A stretch of DNA of 64,000 bases from Acidimicrobiales bacterium (GCA_038227995.1 JBBRPP010000002.1:159416-223415), one strand, 5' to 3'. Counted from the first letter of the stretch, positions 10,601 through 19,718 are shown. A program made the numbers and translations. The notes: generated by a model not told the origin, from the sequence alone.

Positions 10601-13600
10601 TGCCCGAGTCGAATGTTGCCGCGCCGGCCCATGACGCCGTTGCGCACGAACCGCTCACCGGGGCAACGGGACCGAGCAGGGTCCACGTCCCATCCATCGA
10701 CGCGCCTGCGGTGTTGGTGACGACGACGCTGTCGGACAGGGTCGACCCGTAGGCCGGCGTCTGCGACGAAACCGTCGTGGTCAGCGCGGGGTCGGTGATC
10801 GACTGGACGAGACCGGCATCGATGGTGCGGTTGATCGACACAGCGATCACCACGCCGTCGCTCTTGACCGGTGCCGTCATGCCGGACAGGCCCGCACCGA
10901 TCTTGAACAATGGCGTCGTCGCCGAGCCCGCCGCGCCGGCGGGTGTGTTGCTGTCGTTCGTCGCCGTCTGGTTGCCGGCGTTGTTCTGCGTCGTCGTGAC
11001 GAATCCGGCGGGCAGGTTCGAGAACACGACCTTGTAGGTCCCAGCGGGAAGGTTGTCGAAGACGTAGTGCCCATTGGCGTCCGTCGTGGTCGAGGCAACG
11101 GGCTGTCCGTTGGCGTCGAGCGCGGGTGTGCCGTCGGGGTTGACGAGATCAACTGTGACACCCTTGACGGCCGCCTCACCCGCTGACTGCAGTCCGTCGT
11201 GGTTCGTGTCGTACCAGACGTAGTCACCGACGGCGTATGCGTCGGGGACCACGAACGGGATGATCACGCCGACCTTGCGTGGCTCTGACGCGAGGAGACG
11301 ATCGGTCGATCCGTTGGCATTCAGGCGGAACTCACGGTGACCAAGTGAGTTCCAGGCGATCGAGAGAGCCAGCGGGCTGGTGGTCGACGTCGGCGCGGAC
11401 AGCGGCGCCTTCATGTCGGCCTGCAGATCGATCGTGTCGAGTGGGTTCCACGCCGGTGAGGCGCCGCCGACGGGTTGGTAGGCCGACAGCCGGAAGCTGC
11501 GAACCGTTGTCCAATCGGTGATCTGGGCGGCGGTGTACCACGTGTTGTCGCACGACGCCTGCCAGACGCCGTCGTTCGCCCCCTTGTTCAACTCGGGGCG
11601 GCACGGGTTCGTGGTCAGGTTGTACTGGACCGTCGCGTTGGCACCGGCAGCCTGATCGAGGATCTGGATCGGCCCGGTGAGGTTCGGCTGCCAGTCGCTG
11701 CCGCGCTGCTGGCCGCCGAGCAACTGGGTGACTCCGGTGTCAGCGGCGTACGGCAGGATGTCGTACATGACGTAGTTCGTGGCGACGACGTTGCCCGTGT
11801 TCTTGAGGTGGAACCGGTAGCTGAACGGGCCGCCCGGCGTGGTCTGCGCAACACACGGGTAGCGGGTGTATCCGCCGCCGTCGTCGGGGCACGAAGCACT
11901 GGGCTGACCGGTGGTCTCGTCGACGAACGACTGTCCCACTGCGCCGCTGTCCCACTTCGACGAATCGATGATCGCGGCTGCGGCCACATCGACATTGTCG
12001 GTGGCGTTGCAGGTCGGATCGACGGTGCCCGTGCCGTTGCCGAGGTAGTCGTGGGTGTCGGTGCCAGTGATCGAGAACTGATTGCACTCGAGCGGCATGT
12101 CGCTGACGAAGGTCGCTGTGTTCGTGTAGCTGCCCACCGACACCCCGTCGTTGACGCGCACCTTCAGACGAATGATGAACGCGTCGGTTTGCGGGACCTG
12201 GGTGATCCCGAAGTGGCCATTGGTCAGGTCCACCGACCAGCTCAAGCCTGTTGCGCCGGCACCGTCGATGTTCGGCGTGATCGTCGGAGCGGGGAAATCG
12301 GCCTCGTTGACCAGGTGATTGATGTTCGCGCAGTTCGAGGCAAGGGTCTGGTCGAAACCCCCACCCAAGCCGTACGTCGCGACACAGTCGACGGCGACGA
12401 AACTGAATTCCTTGGGCAGTGTGTCGGCAACCGTGAACTTCTGGACGGTGCCCTTCGTCGCGTCGGCGTTGAAGGCGAAGGCCCACTCGAAGACGGTTCC
12501 CGGAGTGATCGCCCCCGCGGACGAGTCGGGGTAGGCATGCGCCTTCGAGATCGCGATCGCGGCGACCGGCGAAGTCACCACGGTCGTCGAGCACGGATTG
12601 TTCGAGGTGAGCGTCGCCGTGGTGCTGACGGCGCAGTTCTCGATGGATGTACCGACCGACGCGTCGACGGTTCCCGAGAGTTGAATCGTTCCGAACACCT
12701 CGCCGGGTGCAGCGGTACCGCTCGTCGGCCGTGCTCTCACGCCGGTCGCAGCCGGGTTGAGGTAGTGCCGGCCCCAGCCGTAGTAGACGTCGCCGGACGT
12801 CCACGTGGCCAGGGGCTGCCACACGCCACCGATCAATTGCTCGAAGGTCTCCGGTGTCTCCGGCACGGACACGTTGTAGGGGTGCTCGAAGGAGATGAAG
12901 TAGTTGCTGATCCCAGCCGGCAATGGCGTGTCGGTCACCACGGGGCCGACCAGGGTCGAGTTACCGGTGTTCGTGCCCACGATGTACCACGTGGTGACGT
13001 TGTCCGGGTTCTCGGTGTCGGAACCGGACTTGCTGGTCTCGATCGAGTCGACCGGAGCAGCGAGTGTGACGCGCGAATTGTCCTTCAACGTGCCGGACGA
13101 GCCGTCGGCGTAGTTGAAGCTGCCGGCGACGCTGTTGATGACGATCTGAGCTGCGGTGAACGCCGGCTCACCAGCAACGCGGGGCGTGCTCGGATACGTC
13201 AGCTTGACGTCGGCGACGTAATCCTCGTTCGGCGCGAGTGGCCCGACCGTCCACGTGATCGTGTGGTTCGTGTAGTCGACGACGCCACCGTCGGCATCGA
13301 CGATGACGGCACCCGGCGGAAAGCTGTCGACGATCGTTCCGGAGGTGATCGACTCGTTGCCGATCACCGACGGGGCGCTCAACTCGACGTGGTAGGTCAC
13401 GATCGAGTCGACGGTCGGGTCGTTGGTCGGATGCGTCTTTGCTTTCGTGAGGTTCCACGTCGGCGTGGACGCCGGGACGACGATGTCGACGACAGGCGTC
13501 GTCAATGGTTCGGCGTTGGGAACAGCGATGGTCGCGTCGTTGGGGATCGTTCCGGCCGGAGCGGTGGCTTTGACGCGGGCGATGAGGATGATCTCGCTCG

Positions 13601-14012
13601 TGGTGCCGTCGTTGAAGTTCGACAGGTTGACGGTGGCGGTGTGGCTGGTCTCATCCCACGTCGAGCCGATGATCGTCGCACCGGTGGTCGGTTGGACGAT
13701 CTGCACGAAGTCGAGGTTGGGATCAAGGACGTCGGTGATCGTTCCGGTGCCACAGGGCTCGGACAGCGATGAGCACTGGAACTGCAGGCGATAGCGGACG
13801 AGTGACCCCGCCTGGAAGGTGTTCGGCCCGGTGAACCCAGTGCCCTGGATCGAGTCGAGGTTCTTGGTGAGCGTCGCCGCCGCCGCCGACGCCATCTTCG
13901 CACCCGCCGGAATCACCAACCCGACGATCGCCACGGCGATCGCCGTGAGCAATCGGGAGATCGTGGTCGTCGCCCGTCGATCGTGGGAACTGGCCTGATC
14001 TGTGCCTTGCAT
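7638..14012 (-). CDS. Giant LPXTG (LPTTG) cell-wall-anchored adhesin, ~2124 aa. Signal peptide, DUF11-like repeats, four SdrD-B/Cna B-type domains, and 4-5 two-Cys Ig-like repeat modules.
   Basis: C-terminus ...ESLPTTGTASIVELALAAWFLAAGSLMVTVSRRRRSVARR (LPTTG at 7740..7754, then hydrophobic segment and basic tail). Signal peptide RLLTAIAVAIVGLVIPAGA. Cna-B modules read VGDYVWYDTNHDGLQ...TTDANGHYVFDNLPAGTY (four copies). Repeated modules ALTTTVSSQT..GSTLSDSVVVTNTAG..C..C.. The track start at 14039 is GTG; the ATG at 14012 has GAGGAA 12 nt upstream. Confidence 0.9.
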   Translation of the reverse strand: MQGTDQASSHDRRATTTISRLLTAIAVAIVGLVIPAGAKMASAAAATLTKNLDSIQGTGFTGPNTFQAGSLVRYRLQFQCSSLSEPCGTGTITDVLDPNLDFVQIVQPTTGATIIGSTWDETSHTATVNLSNFNDGTTSEIILIARVKATAPAGTIPNDATIAVPNAEPLTTPVVDIVVPASTPTWNLTKAKTHPTNDPTVDSIVTYHVELSAPSVIGNESITSGTIVDSFPPGAVIVDADGGVVDYTNHTITWTVGPLAPNEDYVADVKLTYPSTPRVAGEPAFTAAQIVINSVAGSFNYADGSSGTLKDNSRVTLAAPVDSIETSKSGSDTENPDNVTTWYIVGTNTGNSTLVGPVVTDTPLPAGISNYFISFEHPYNVSVPETPETFEQLIGGVWQPLATWTSGDVYYGWGRHYLNPAATGVRARPTSGTAAPGEVFGTIQLSGTVDASVGTSIENCAVSTTATLTSNNPCSTTVVTSPVAAIAISKAHAYPDSSAGAITPGTVFEWAFAFNADATKGTVQKFTVADTLPKEFSFVAVDCVATYGLGGGFDQTLASNCANINHLVNEADFPAPTITPNIDGAGATGLSWSVDLTNGHFGITQVPQTDAFIIRLKVRVNDGVSVGSYTNTATFVSDMPLECNQFSITGTDTHDYLGNGTGTVDPTCNATDNVDVAAAAIIDSSKWDSGAVGQSFVDETTGQPSASCPDDGGGYTRYPCVAQTTPGGPFSYRFHLKNTGNVVATNYVMYDILPYAADTGVTQLLGGQQRGSDWQPNLTGPIQILDQAAGANATVQYNLTTNPCRPELNKGANDGVWQASCDNTWYTAAQITDWTTVRSFRLSAYQPVGGASPAWNPLDTIDLQADMKAPLSAPTSTTSPLALSIAWNSLGHREFRLNANGSTDRLLASEPRKVGVIIPFVVPDAYAVGDYVWYDTNHDGLQSAGEAAVKGVTVDLVNPDGTPALDANGQPVASTTTDANGHYVFDNLPAGTYKVVFSNLPAGFVTTTQNNAGNQTATNDSNTPAGAAGSATTPLFKIGAGLSGMTAPVKSDGVVIAVSINRTIDAGLVQSITDPALTTTVSSQTPAYGSTLSDSVVVTNTAGASMDGTWTLLGPVAPVSGSCATASWAGAATFDSGTFPVKGDGTYKTSSTKPLVAGGCYTFVDGLPATATTTAVKTTTPGLVSETALMVITYSVGDYAWYDTNGNGIQDTGELPVKGVTVKLRDSTGAALSTTTTDANGLYHFDNLPAGTYSVAFSNLPTGYQFTGQSLSGSTPQNDSNPDTSTGVTPTFVLGAPAGGNHVTASIPGDNVTAPFIDRTIDAGILRLSTPALTTTISSQTTTVGSTLSDSVVVTGTNGAATSGSWALLGPVAPGEGVCGAVSWAKAATFDSGTFDVTGDGTYPTPSTKPLTVAGCYTFTDSLEATAITTATSTTPGIVSETALVSALTPTLTTVISNQQAGLGAQISDTINVTGGAGSSLDGTWTLLGPVAPADGSCASVTWVGAPTVATGSFTVTLVKGSGTTTTPAMPLKTAGCYTYTESLTASAGTNAVPTTKPGVVSETTVIGRNVPTVVTTTSAQSASIGVTLTDDVVVTNTAGHDIAAVWTLFGPVPPVTSGSCVGVNWAAAVVFDSGTLAISGDGTYTTSASKKLVAAGCYSYAETLPATTNTAAVNAQAGVASETSLIASYSVGDFVWIDANHNGIQDAGEAPVPGDKVTLFDAAGNVVATTSTDASGHYHFDNLPAGDYHETFGLPAGYRFTTPTTGPDRTVDSNVDGMGTTATFTLGPPAASNNVTPSIPADTVTAPFIDRTIDAGIYQPVSVGDYVWIDVNRDGHQDSSDIPVAGVTVTLYRADGVTPVTIDVDGNPVAPRTTDANGKYGFGNLPPGQYVVKFSGLPNGFSVTTSQDTPAAPTDSNGVTATSVVLAGGQADLTLDLGLVSIDLSLSKSLLSSGPFVAGTATTFVLTPHNNGPVDALPGWSVTEVVPDGLRLVSMTGTGYSCDGVTCTAIAGLASGADGPVITVVATIASALPGSLHNVAFISPGPGEVNETNPLVVPTTSTDTSATPTDNDAQASLTIVSAIESLPTTGTASIVELALAAWFLAAGSLMVTVSRRRRSVARR

Positions 14013-14288
14013 GCTGCATCCATTCCTCGGAGTCCACACGCGGTGGATGACGCGGCGCTGCGTCCGCTCCTTGACGGCCCGAGGTCCCGCCGATGACGCC
14101 GAAGCCGGAAATCCTTTCGGATCGGCCGCGGTCGAGCGTCACAGCCGGAGCTTCGATGCGAAATTGATGGAGCAGTCGAGGGTCGCTTGTCGCAACGAAC
14201 TCGACTGCATCATCGACATCTACCGTGCAACGAGAGATGTCGCCGTCGACGTCCTGGTCACAGCCTCACAACCGCTCCGAAAATGGTA

Positions 14289-15842
14289 TCAACCGGCGCA
14301 CGAGCCATCGGCCAGCGCGACGCCGTTCTCGTCAACGTTGAAGTGGCAGGCGAAGCCATTGCCGGAGACGGCGCCACCTGTCAGCGTGCTCTGCGAGACT
14401 TTGGCCGAGACGCCGCTGACGGCGGCCTCGATCGACCGGAACGATCCGCTGATCGTCGACCCGGTGGCGATCAACGTGGACGGGGACACGAGCTGGACGC
14501 CGTCGCTGCCGCTGGCGAAGCTGTCGGTCAACGTCACCGACGCTCCACTGTTCGCGTAGATTCCCCAAACGCTCGTTGATCCGCTTGCGGTGAAGGACGT
14601 GCGGCTCACCTTCATCGACGAGCCGTTGGCCTGGAGGCCTATGGAATAGGTATTGGCGCTGGTGGTCACGGTCGAATCAGTGACGCTCGCCGCGGAGCCC
14701 GAGATGGCCAGGATGCCCCAGCCGAAGGCGCTCGAGGAGATGGTCACCGTCGCCGAGTCGATCGTGGGCGACGCCGCGATCAGGGAGATGCCGACCGCGT
14801 CGTTCGCCGAGGCGCTGGCCGTGATGTTTGCAATCGTCGGGCTGGCGGTGTCGATCCTCAGGGCGTCACCCTCCGAAGTAGCACCGGTCGAGCTTGCCGT
14901 GATGTCGGTGATCCGCAGCCCTGCGGTCGGCGCTGTCCCCAGCACCAAGATGCCGATGCCGGAAGGGCCGCCTCCGGTGTTCGCCACACTGAGGTTCCGC
15001 AGCTCGGCGTGCAACGGGTTCGCGGTGGCGCTCACCGTGGCGCTGTTCGAGGCGGACGACGTGGCGGTCAGCGTGGTGACGTTCTCGCCGCTGCCCTCGA
15101 TGTCGACGTAGTCCTTCATCGAGATGCCGTTCGGTTCGGTGTAGGTACCGGGGCCAATCTTGATCACGTAGCGCGACGTCGCACTGTTGTCGGTGATCGA
15201 GGCCAGCGCTGACGCCACCGTGGTGAAGTCGCCGCCGCTCGTTGCGACCCAGATCACGTGCGCCGGCTTCTGCGCCGGGTCGCCCTTGTCGCCCTTGGGT
15301 CCGGGTGTGCCGAGTCCGCCTGCTTGGTAGTAGCCGACGACGTCGGCGGCAAGGTCGACCGCACCGACGTTGATGAAGAACGACACCTTTCCGTCGGCGG
15401 AGAGCGCGACCGTCACACCATTGGGCGTCGGTGGTTGGTTGGCAATCCAATTGAGGCTCGACGACAGTGGACGCGGCTGATCGGACGGAAACACCGTGAG
15501 GTAGGAGGATGCCGTCGGGCTGATGGCGACGACGTTCAACGACAGGCCAGTCGCGCCCGCAGGGATCGTGCAGTTGCCGTTGGTGCCCCATGCCGTGGCA
15601 ACGAAGGTCTCTCCGGAACCGACAGGCGTTGTTCGCGTTCCGACGACGGACGCGGGCCGCGTGTCGAACAGCCGGCACGGCGTGATCGGGACCAGCGAGG
15701 ATGGCGCCGAGGCGGCCTGCGCGAACAGGCCAATGCCTCCGGCGCCCATCGCTACAGCTATCGCGGCACCAACAGCAGCCCATCGTGCTCTGTGTAGCCC
15801 GACGGGCGCGGGATTGTTGCGGCCCCAGCGATCTGTCCTCAT
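14289..15842 (-). CDS. Secreted protein: signal peptide, N-terminal domain with a PCRLFDTR motif, a short collagen-like G-X-Y stretch, and C-terminal right-handed parallel beta-helix repeats.
   Basis: The track ORF 14289..16301 runs through the tRNA-Ala gene, so it was trimmed to ATG 15842 (GAGG ~10 nt upstream). Signal WAAVGAAIAVAMGAGGIGLFAQAASAP. GGLGTPGPKGDKGDPAQ. Long S/T/A/G-rich repeat run typical of pectate-lyase-like beta-helix. Confidence 0.7.
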   Translation of the reverse strand: MRTDRWGRNNPAPVGLHRARWAAVGAAIAVAMGAGGIGLFAQAASAPSSLVPITPCRLFDTRPASVVGTRTTPVGSGETFVATAWGTNGNCTIPAGATGLSLNVVAISPTASSYLTVFPSDQPRPLSSSLNWIANQPPTPNGVTVALSADGKVSFFINVGAVDLAADVVGYYQAGGLGTPGPKGDKGDPAQKPAHVIWVATSGGDFTTVASALASITDNSATSRYVIKIGPGTYTEPNGISMKDYVDIEGSGENVTTLTATSSASNSATVSATANPLHAELRNLSVANTGGGPSGIGILVLGTAPTAGLRITDITASSTGATSEGDALRIDTASPTIANITASASANDAVGISLIAASPTIDSATVTISSSAFGWGILAISGSAASVTDSTVTTSANTYSIGLQANGSSMKVSRTSFTASGSTSVWGIYANSGASVTLTDSFASGSDGVQLVSPSTLIATGSTISGSFRSIEAAVSGVSAKVSQSTLTGGAVSGNGFACHFNVDENGVALADGSCAG

Positions 15843-16015
15843 CCGGCGACGCCCCTCGTTGTCCGTCGTGATCCTTGGAGGAATCATAGTCACCGTGAAA
15901 ACGGGACCTGGAACGAAGGGACACCCGACGCGGCGGTGCTGCTCGTGACCCGCGGACCACCTGGCTTCGCAGGCATCGCGCCCATCTCGTTCGCACGAAA
16001 ATATGTGACCTGGAG

Positions 16016-16088
16016 TGGAGACGATGGGAATCGAACCCACGACATCTACCTTGCAAAGGTAGCGCTCTGCCAACTGAGCTACGTCCCC
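16016..16088 (-). tRNA. tRNA-Ala: tRNA-Ala (anticodon TGC); CCA not encoded.
   Basis: Revcomp reads GGGGACGTAGCTCAGTTGGCAGAGCGCTACCTTTGCAAGGTAGATGTCGTGGGTTCGATTCCCATCGTCTCCA. Cloverleaf folds, with a G3:U70 pair in the acceptor stem (Ala identity element), anticodon loop TTTGCAA and T-loop TTCGATT. Confidence 0.85.
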
Positions 16089-16304
16089 GAACGGGAAGCA
16101 CAATCTAGCGGTCCGGTCGGCGGACGGAAACGCAATACTCAGCGACCATCGTCGGGTTCGGCGGAAATCTCCGCCGAACGTCGGTGACGACCCGACGTTC
16201 GAAGCGCTTCCTTTGATGTACGGGAATTTCTTCTCATCTTTTCCGCTGTGGTGTCGATACCTATCTGGACCCAGTCTCGGATTGGGCAACGCCAGGGGCA
16301 CAAC

Positions 16305-19300
16305 ATGATCCGAACGCTGTTGATCATGGGGCCGGCCGAACGGCCGATGGTCCTCGAACGACTCGGCGAGTCAGCCGGTGAGCGGACGGTCGAAGTCGTC
16401 GTCGCCGCGACCGTGGCCGAGGCCGCGCCACATTGCACCACCGTCGACTGCATCCTGCTGTGGGCCGGTTCGGACACACCAGACGCTCTCCGCGACCTCG
16501 ATCAGTTGCTGTCGATCGTGTCCGCGAAGCCGGTCATCGTCCTCACCGATGTCGCCGACGCCGACAACGAGTTGGAGTTCTTCCGGCGCGGCGCTCGCGA
16601 CTACCTGACCGATGCCGACGTGCACGACGGACGCCTCGTCCGCTCGATCGCCTACGCCGTCGCCCATTGCGAACCCGACGGTCGCCTACCGCACAGTGAC
16701 CAGCACTACCGGTCGATCGTCGAAGCCCTCGGCGAAGGTGTCGTCGTGCAGAGCGGCGACGGAACGATCCTGTCGATGAACCGCCGCGCCGGCGAGATCT
16801 TCGGCATCGGCGAGGCATCACCGGTCGGGCGTCGGTCCGGTGAAGTCGGCTGGACACCACTCGACGATCACGGTCGCGAGCTGCTGCCCGAACAGCGGCC
16901 CGGCTTTCGATGCTTCACGACCGGCCAGCCGGTCCGCAACCAGTTGATGAAGATGCCTCTGGCCGACGGCACCGTCAGCTGGGTCGAAGCGAGTTCGTAC
17001 CCGTTACGTCACGCCGCCAACGCGTCTGCCCACGGTGTCGTCACCGTGCTGCGCGAGGTGACGGAACAACGAGCGGCCGAGGACTCAGTGCGTTTCCAAG
17101 CGCTGCTGCTCGGGGTCGTCGGCCAGTCCGTGATCGCAACCGACCTCGCCGGACGAATCCTGCACTGGAACGAGGCGTCGGAGCGCATCTTCGGTTGGAC
17201 CGCGGACGAGGTTCTCGGCCGCGACATCCTCACGGTCACCGCGTTCGAGCCCACACAACTCGTCGACGAGATCATGTCCCGTGCCGCGCAAGGCGAGACG
17301 TGGACCGGCGACCTCTGGTCGCACCGCCGCGACGGCTCACGTTTCCCGATCCTCGTCACGAACACACCGATTCGCGACGCGGATGGCGTCGTGACGGGCA
17401 TGGTGGGGGTGACGACCGACATCTCCGAGCGGCTCGCATCGGAAGCGGCCAACCGTCGGCTGTCGAGCATCGTCGAATCCTCCACTGACGCGATCTACGG
17501 CACCGACCTCGACGGAGCGATCACGTCGTGGAACGGCGGTGCGGTCGCGCTGTACGGCTACCCGACAAGCGAGGTGCTCGGCCGCAACGTGCGTCTGCTC
17601 TACCCCGACGACCTCCTCCAGGAACAGACCGAGGTGCTCCAGCGGATGCGCGCCGGCCGACCGTTCCATGGCCACGACACCGTCCGCAAACATCGCGATG
17701 GCAACCTGATCGAGGTCTCGGTCAAGGCATCGCCGGTCCTCGACACCTCGGGGAATCCGATCGCAGCGGCAGCGATCGCACGTGACATCACCGATCGCAA
17801 GACGCTCGAACGCACGCTGGCGCAGGACCGCGACCGGCTGGCCGAGGCCCAACGCGTCGCCAAGCTCGGCAGCCTCGACCGAGATCCGATCACGGGTCAG
17901 CACGTGTGGTCGGCCGAGCTGTACCGCATGTTCGGCGTCGACCCGGCCACGATCCCCGATGACTCGACCTACCTCGGTGTGGTCCATCCCGATGACCGCC
18001 TGCGCATCCGACAGGCCATCTGGGAGGCGCGTCAGACGGGAAACTCGATCGCCCAGATCGAGCACCGGATCGCGCTTCCGACTGGCGAAGTGCGGTGGGT
18101 GAGCGCACACACCGACAGCACCCCCGGAGGCACGACGGTGGGTGCTGTCCTCGACATCACCGACCGCAAGGAGGCCGAAGAAGCACTGGCCCATCAGTCG
18201 TTGCACGACCCGCTGACCGGGCTGCCCAACCGGATCCTGTTCGAGCGTCGACTGGAAGCGTTGATCGCTCACCGAGTGCCGGGATGCGCAGCCGTGCTGT
18301 TCATCGACGTCGATCGGTTCAAGATCATCAACGACGGCATGGGCCACGCTGCCGGCGACGATCTGCTGATTGCAATCGGTGAGCGCCTCAGTTCGTGGGC
18401 CGAGCAGACGGACACGGTCGCCCGTTTCGGTGGCGACGAATTCGTGATCCTGTGCGAAGGCGTCGGCAACATGTCGCGGGCGCTCGATCGGGCGACGAGC
18501 CTGATCGAACTGTGCGAGCGAACCTTCTCGATCGGCGAGCGCCAAATCTTCATCACCGTCAGCATCGGCGTCGCCGAAGTCCCGATCGGCGCCGAGGTCG
18601 AGAGCGTGCTCGGCGAGGCGGACGCGGCCATGTACAGAGCCAAGGACAGGGGACGAGCACGGATCGTCGTCGCCGATCAGGCACTGCGGGCGCGAGCGAC
18701 GGAACGGATGGAGCTGGAGACCGCGCTTCGCGGTGCGCTCGAGCGAAGCGAGTTCTGCCTGCACTACCAACCCGTGGTGGATCTCCACACCGATCAGGTG
18801 CTCGGCTACGAGGCGCTGATCCGCTGGAACCACCCGCAGCGCGGACTCGTGTACCCCGATCACTTCGTCGACCTCGCCGAGGAGACCGGTCTGATCGTGC
18901 CCATCGGTCGGTGGGTTCTGCGCGAAGCGCTGTCGCAGCTGAAGGCGTGGCACGCCGCATCGGATGCGATGGCCAGCCGTTTCGTCGCCGTGAACCTCTC
19001 GACCGTTCAGCTCTACGACGCCGATCTGGCCCGTCAGGTCCGCGACGCGTTGAACGAGACCTCGATCGATGCGCATTTGCTGAACCTCGAGATCACCGAG
19101 ACCGCGTTGATGGACATCGCCCGCGCCACCAAGACGCTCACGGCGCTGAAGTCCATCGGTGTCGACATCGAACTCGACGACTTCGGAACCGGCTACTCGT
19201 CGCTCAGCTACCTGCAGCAACTGCCGATCGACACGATCAAGATCGACCGCTCCTTCGTCGCCGGTCTGGGCCAGGACACGCAGGCGACATCCATCGTCGC

Positions 19301-19496
19301 GGCAGTCGTCAGCCTCGGCTGCGCGCTCGACTTACGAGTGCTGGCCGAAGGTGTCGAGACGGACGCCCAGCGCGATCAGTTGCGGCGCCTCGGGTGCGGC
19401 TTCGGTCAGGGCTATCTCTGGTCACGGCCGCTACCGGCCGACCGTCTGCTCGCGCTCGACGGCACCCAACGGCGTCACGCCACCTCGTCTGCCTGA
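16305..19496 (+). CDS. Signalling protein: degenerate receiver-like domain, three PAS domains, GGDEF diguanylate cyclase and EAL phosphodiesterase.
   Basis: GGDEF intact (RFGGDEFVILC). EAL motif EALIRWNHP. N-terminal CheY-like fold lacks the acidic pocket (LLIMGPAERP in place of DD). The track start at 16248 is GTG; the ATG at 16305 has AGGGG upstream. Confidence 0.9.
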   Translation: MIRTLLIMGPAERPMVLERLGESAGERTVEVVVAATVAEAAPHCTTVDCILLWAGSDTPDALRDLDQLLSIVSAKPVIVLTDVADADNELEFFRRGARDYLTDADVHDGRLVRSIAYAVAHCEPDGRLPHSDQHYRSIVEALGEGVVVQSGDGTILSMNRRAGEIFGIGEASPVGRRSGEVGWTPLDDHGRELLPEQRPGFRCFTTGQPVRNQLMKMPLADGTVSWVEASSYPLRHAANASAHGVVTVLREVTEQRAAEDSVRFQALLLGVVGQSVIATDLAGRILHWNEASERIFGWTADEVLGRDILTVTAFEPTQLVDEIMSRAAQGETWTGDLWSHRRDGSRFPILVTNTPIRDADGVVTGMVGVTTDISERLASEAANRRLSSIVESSTDAIYGTDLDGAITSWNGGAVALYGYPTSEVLGRNVRLLYPDDLLQEQTEVLQRMRAGRPFHGHDTVRKHRDGNLIEVSVKASPVLDTSGNPIAAAAIARDITDRKTLERTLAQDRDRLAEAQRVAKLGSLDRDPITGQHVWSAELYRMFGVDPATIPDDSTYLGVVHPDDRLRIRQAIWEARQTGNSIAQIEHRIALPTGEVRWVSAHTDSTPGGTTVGAVLDITDRKEAEEALAHQSLHDPLTGLPNRILFERRLEALIAHRVPGCAAVLFIDVDRFKIINDGMGHAAGDDLLIAIGERLSSWAEQTDTVARFGGDEFVILCEGVGNMSRALDRATSLIELCERTFSIGERQIFITVSIGVAEVPIGAEVESVLGEADAAMYRAKDRGRARIVVADQALRARATERMELETALRGALERSEFCLHYQPVVDLHTDQVLGYEALIRWNHPQRGLVYPDHFVDLAEETGLIVPIGRWVLREALSQLKAWHAASDAMASRFVAVNLSTVQLYDADLARQVRDALNETSIDAHLLNLEITETALMDIARATKTLTALKSIGVDIELDDFGTGYSSLSYLQQLPIDTIKIDRSFVAGLGQDTQATSIVAAVVSLGCALDLRVLAEGVETDAQRDQLRRLGCGFGQGYLWSRPLPADRLLALDGTQRRHATSSA

Positions 19497-19718
19497 CGCG
19501 AGGCTGATCCCCGCCCGCGGGCGGCCACCCCTGGCCGACTGCTCGTGTGGATTCGGTCAAGATGCCATGAGCTGTACGGCTCATTCGACGCGTTCCGCCC
19601 TCTCGGCCGGCTGAGGATCGATACGTTCGTGAGCGGAGAACGGAAGCCGTGATCCGCTGGACGTCATTGGTCGCTTGTCCAGCGAGGAGCCACCAGCGAA
19701 CCCACCCCTATCCAATGC

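Noticed and set aside
8343-13772. Several long ORFs (8343..9578, 8932..9918, 9636..10634, 11475..13772, 11740..12822) inside the adhesin gene
   Set aside because: Antisense or out-of-frame to the 2133-aa LPTTG protein, and low-complexity R/D/G-rich. The adhesin frame has a coherent signal peptide, repeats and LPXTG.
14289-16301. Track ORF extending the beta-helix protein to 670 aa, and ORF 14866..16101
   Set aside because: The extension translates straight through the tRNA-Ala gene (16016..16088), so it is impossible. Trimmed to ATG 15842. 14866..16101 is out of frame.
17337-19507. 627-aa minus ORF and 370-aa plus ORF overlapping the GGDEF-EAL gene
   Set aside because: Antisense or alternate frame of a gene with intact PAS/GGDEF/EAL motifs. 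Arg-rich junk composition.
19544-19565. Sequence GTGTGGATTCGGTCAAGATGCC upstream of the sortase, loosely resembling the 18-nt motif
   Set aside because: Only the GATTCGG core matches and the half-sites are not conserved. Treated as chance similarity.
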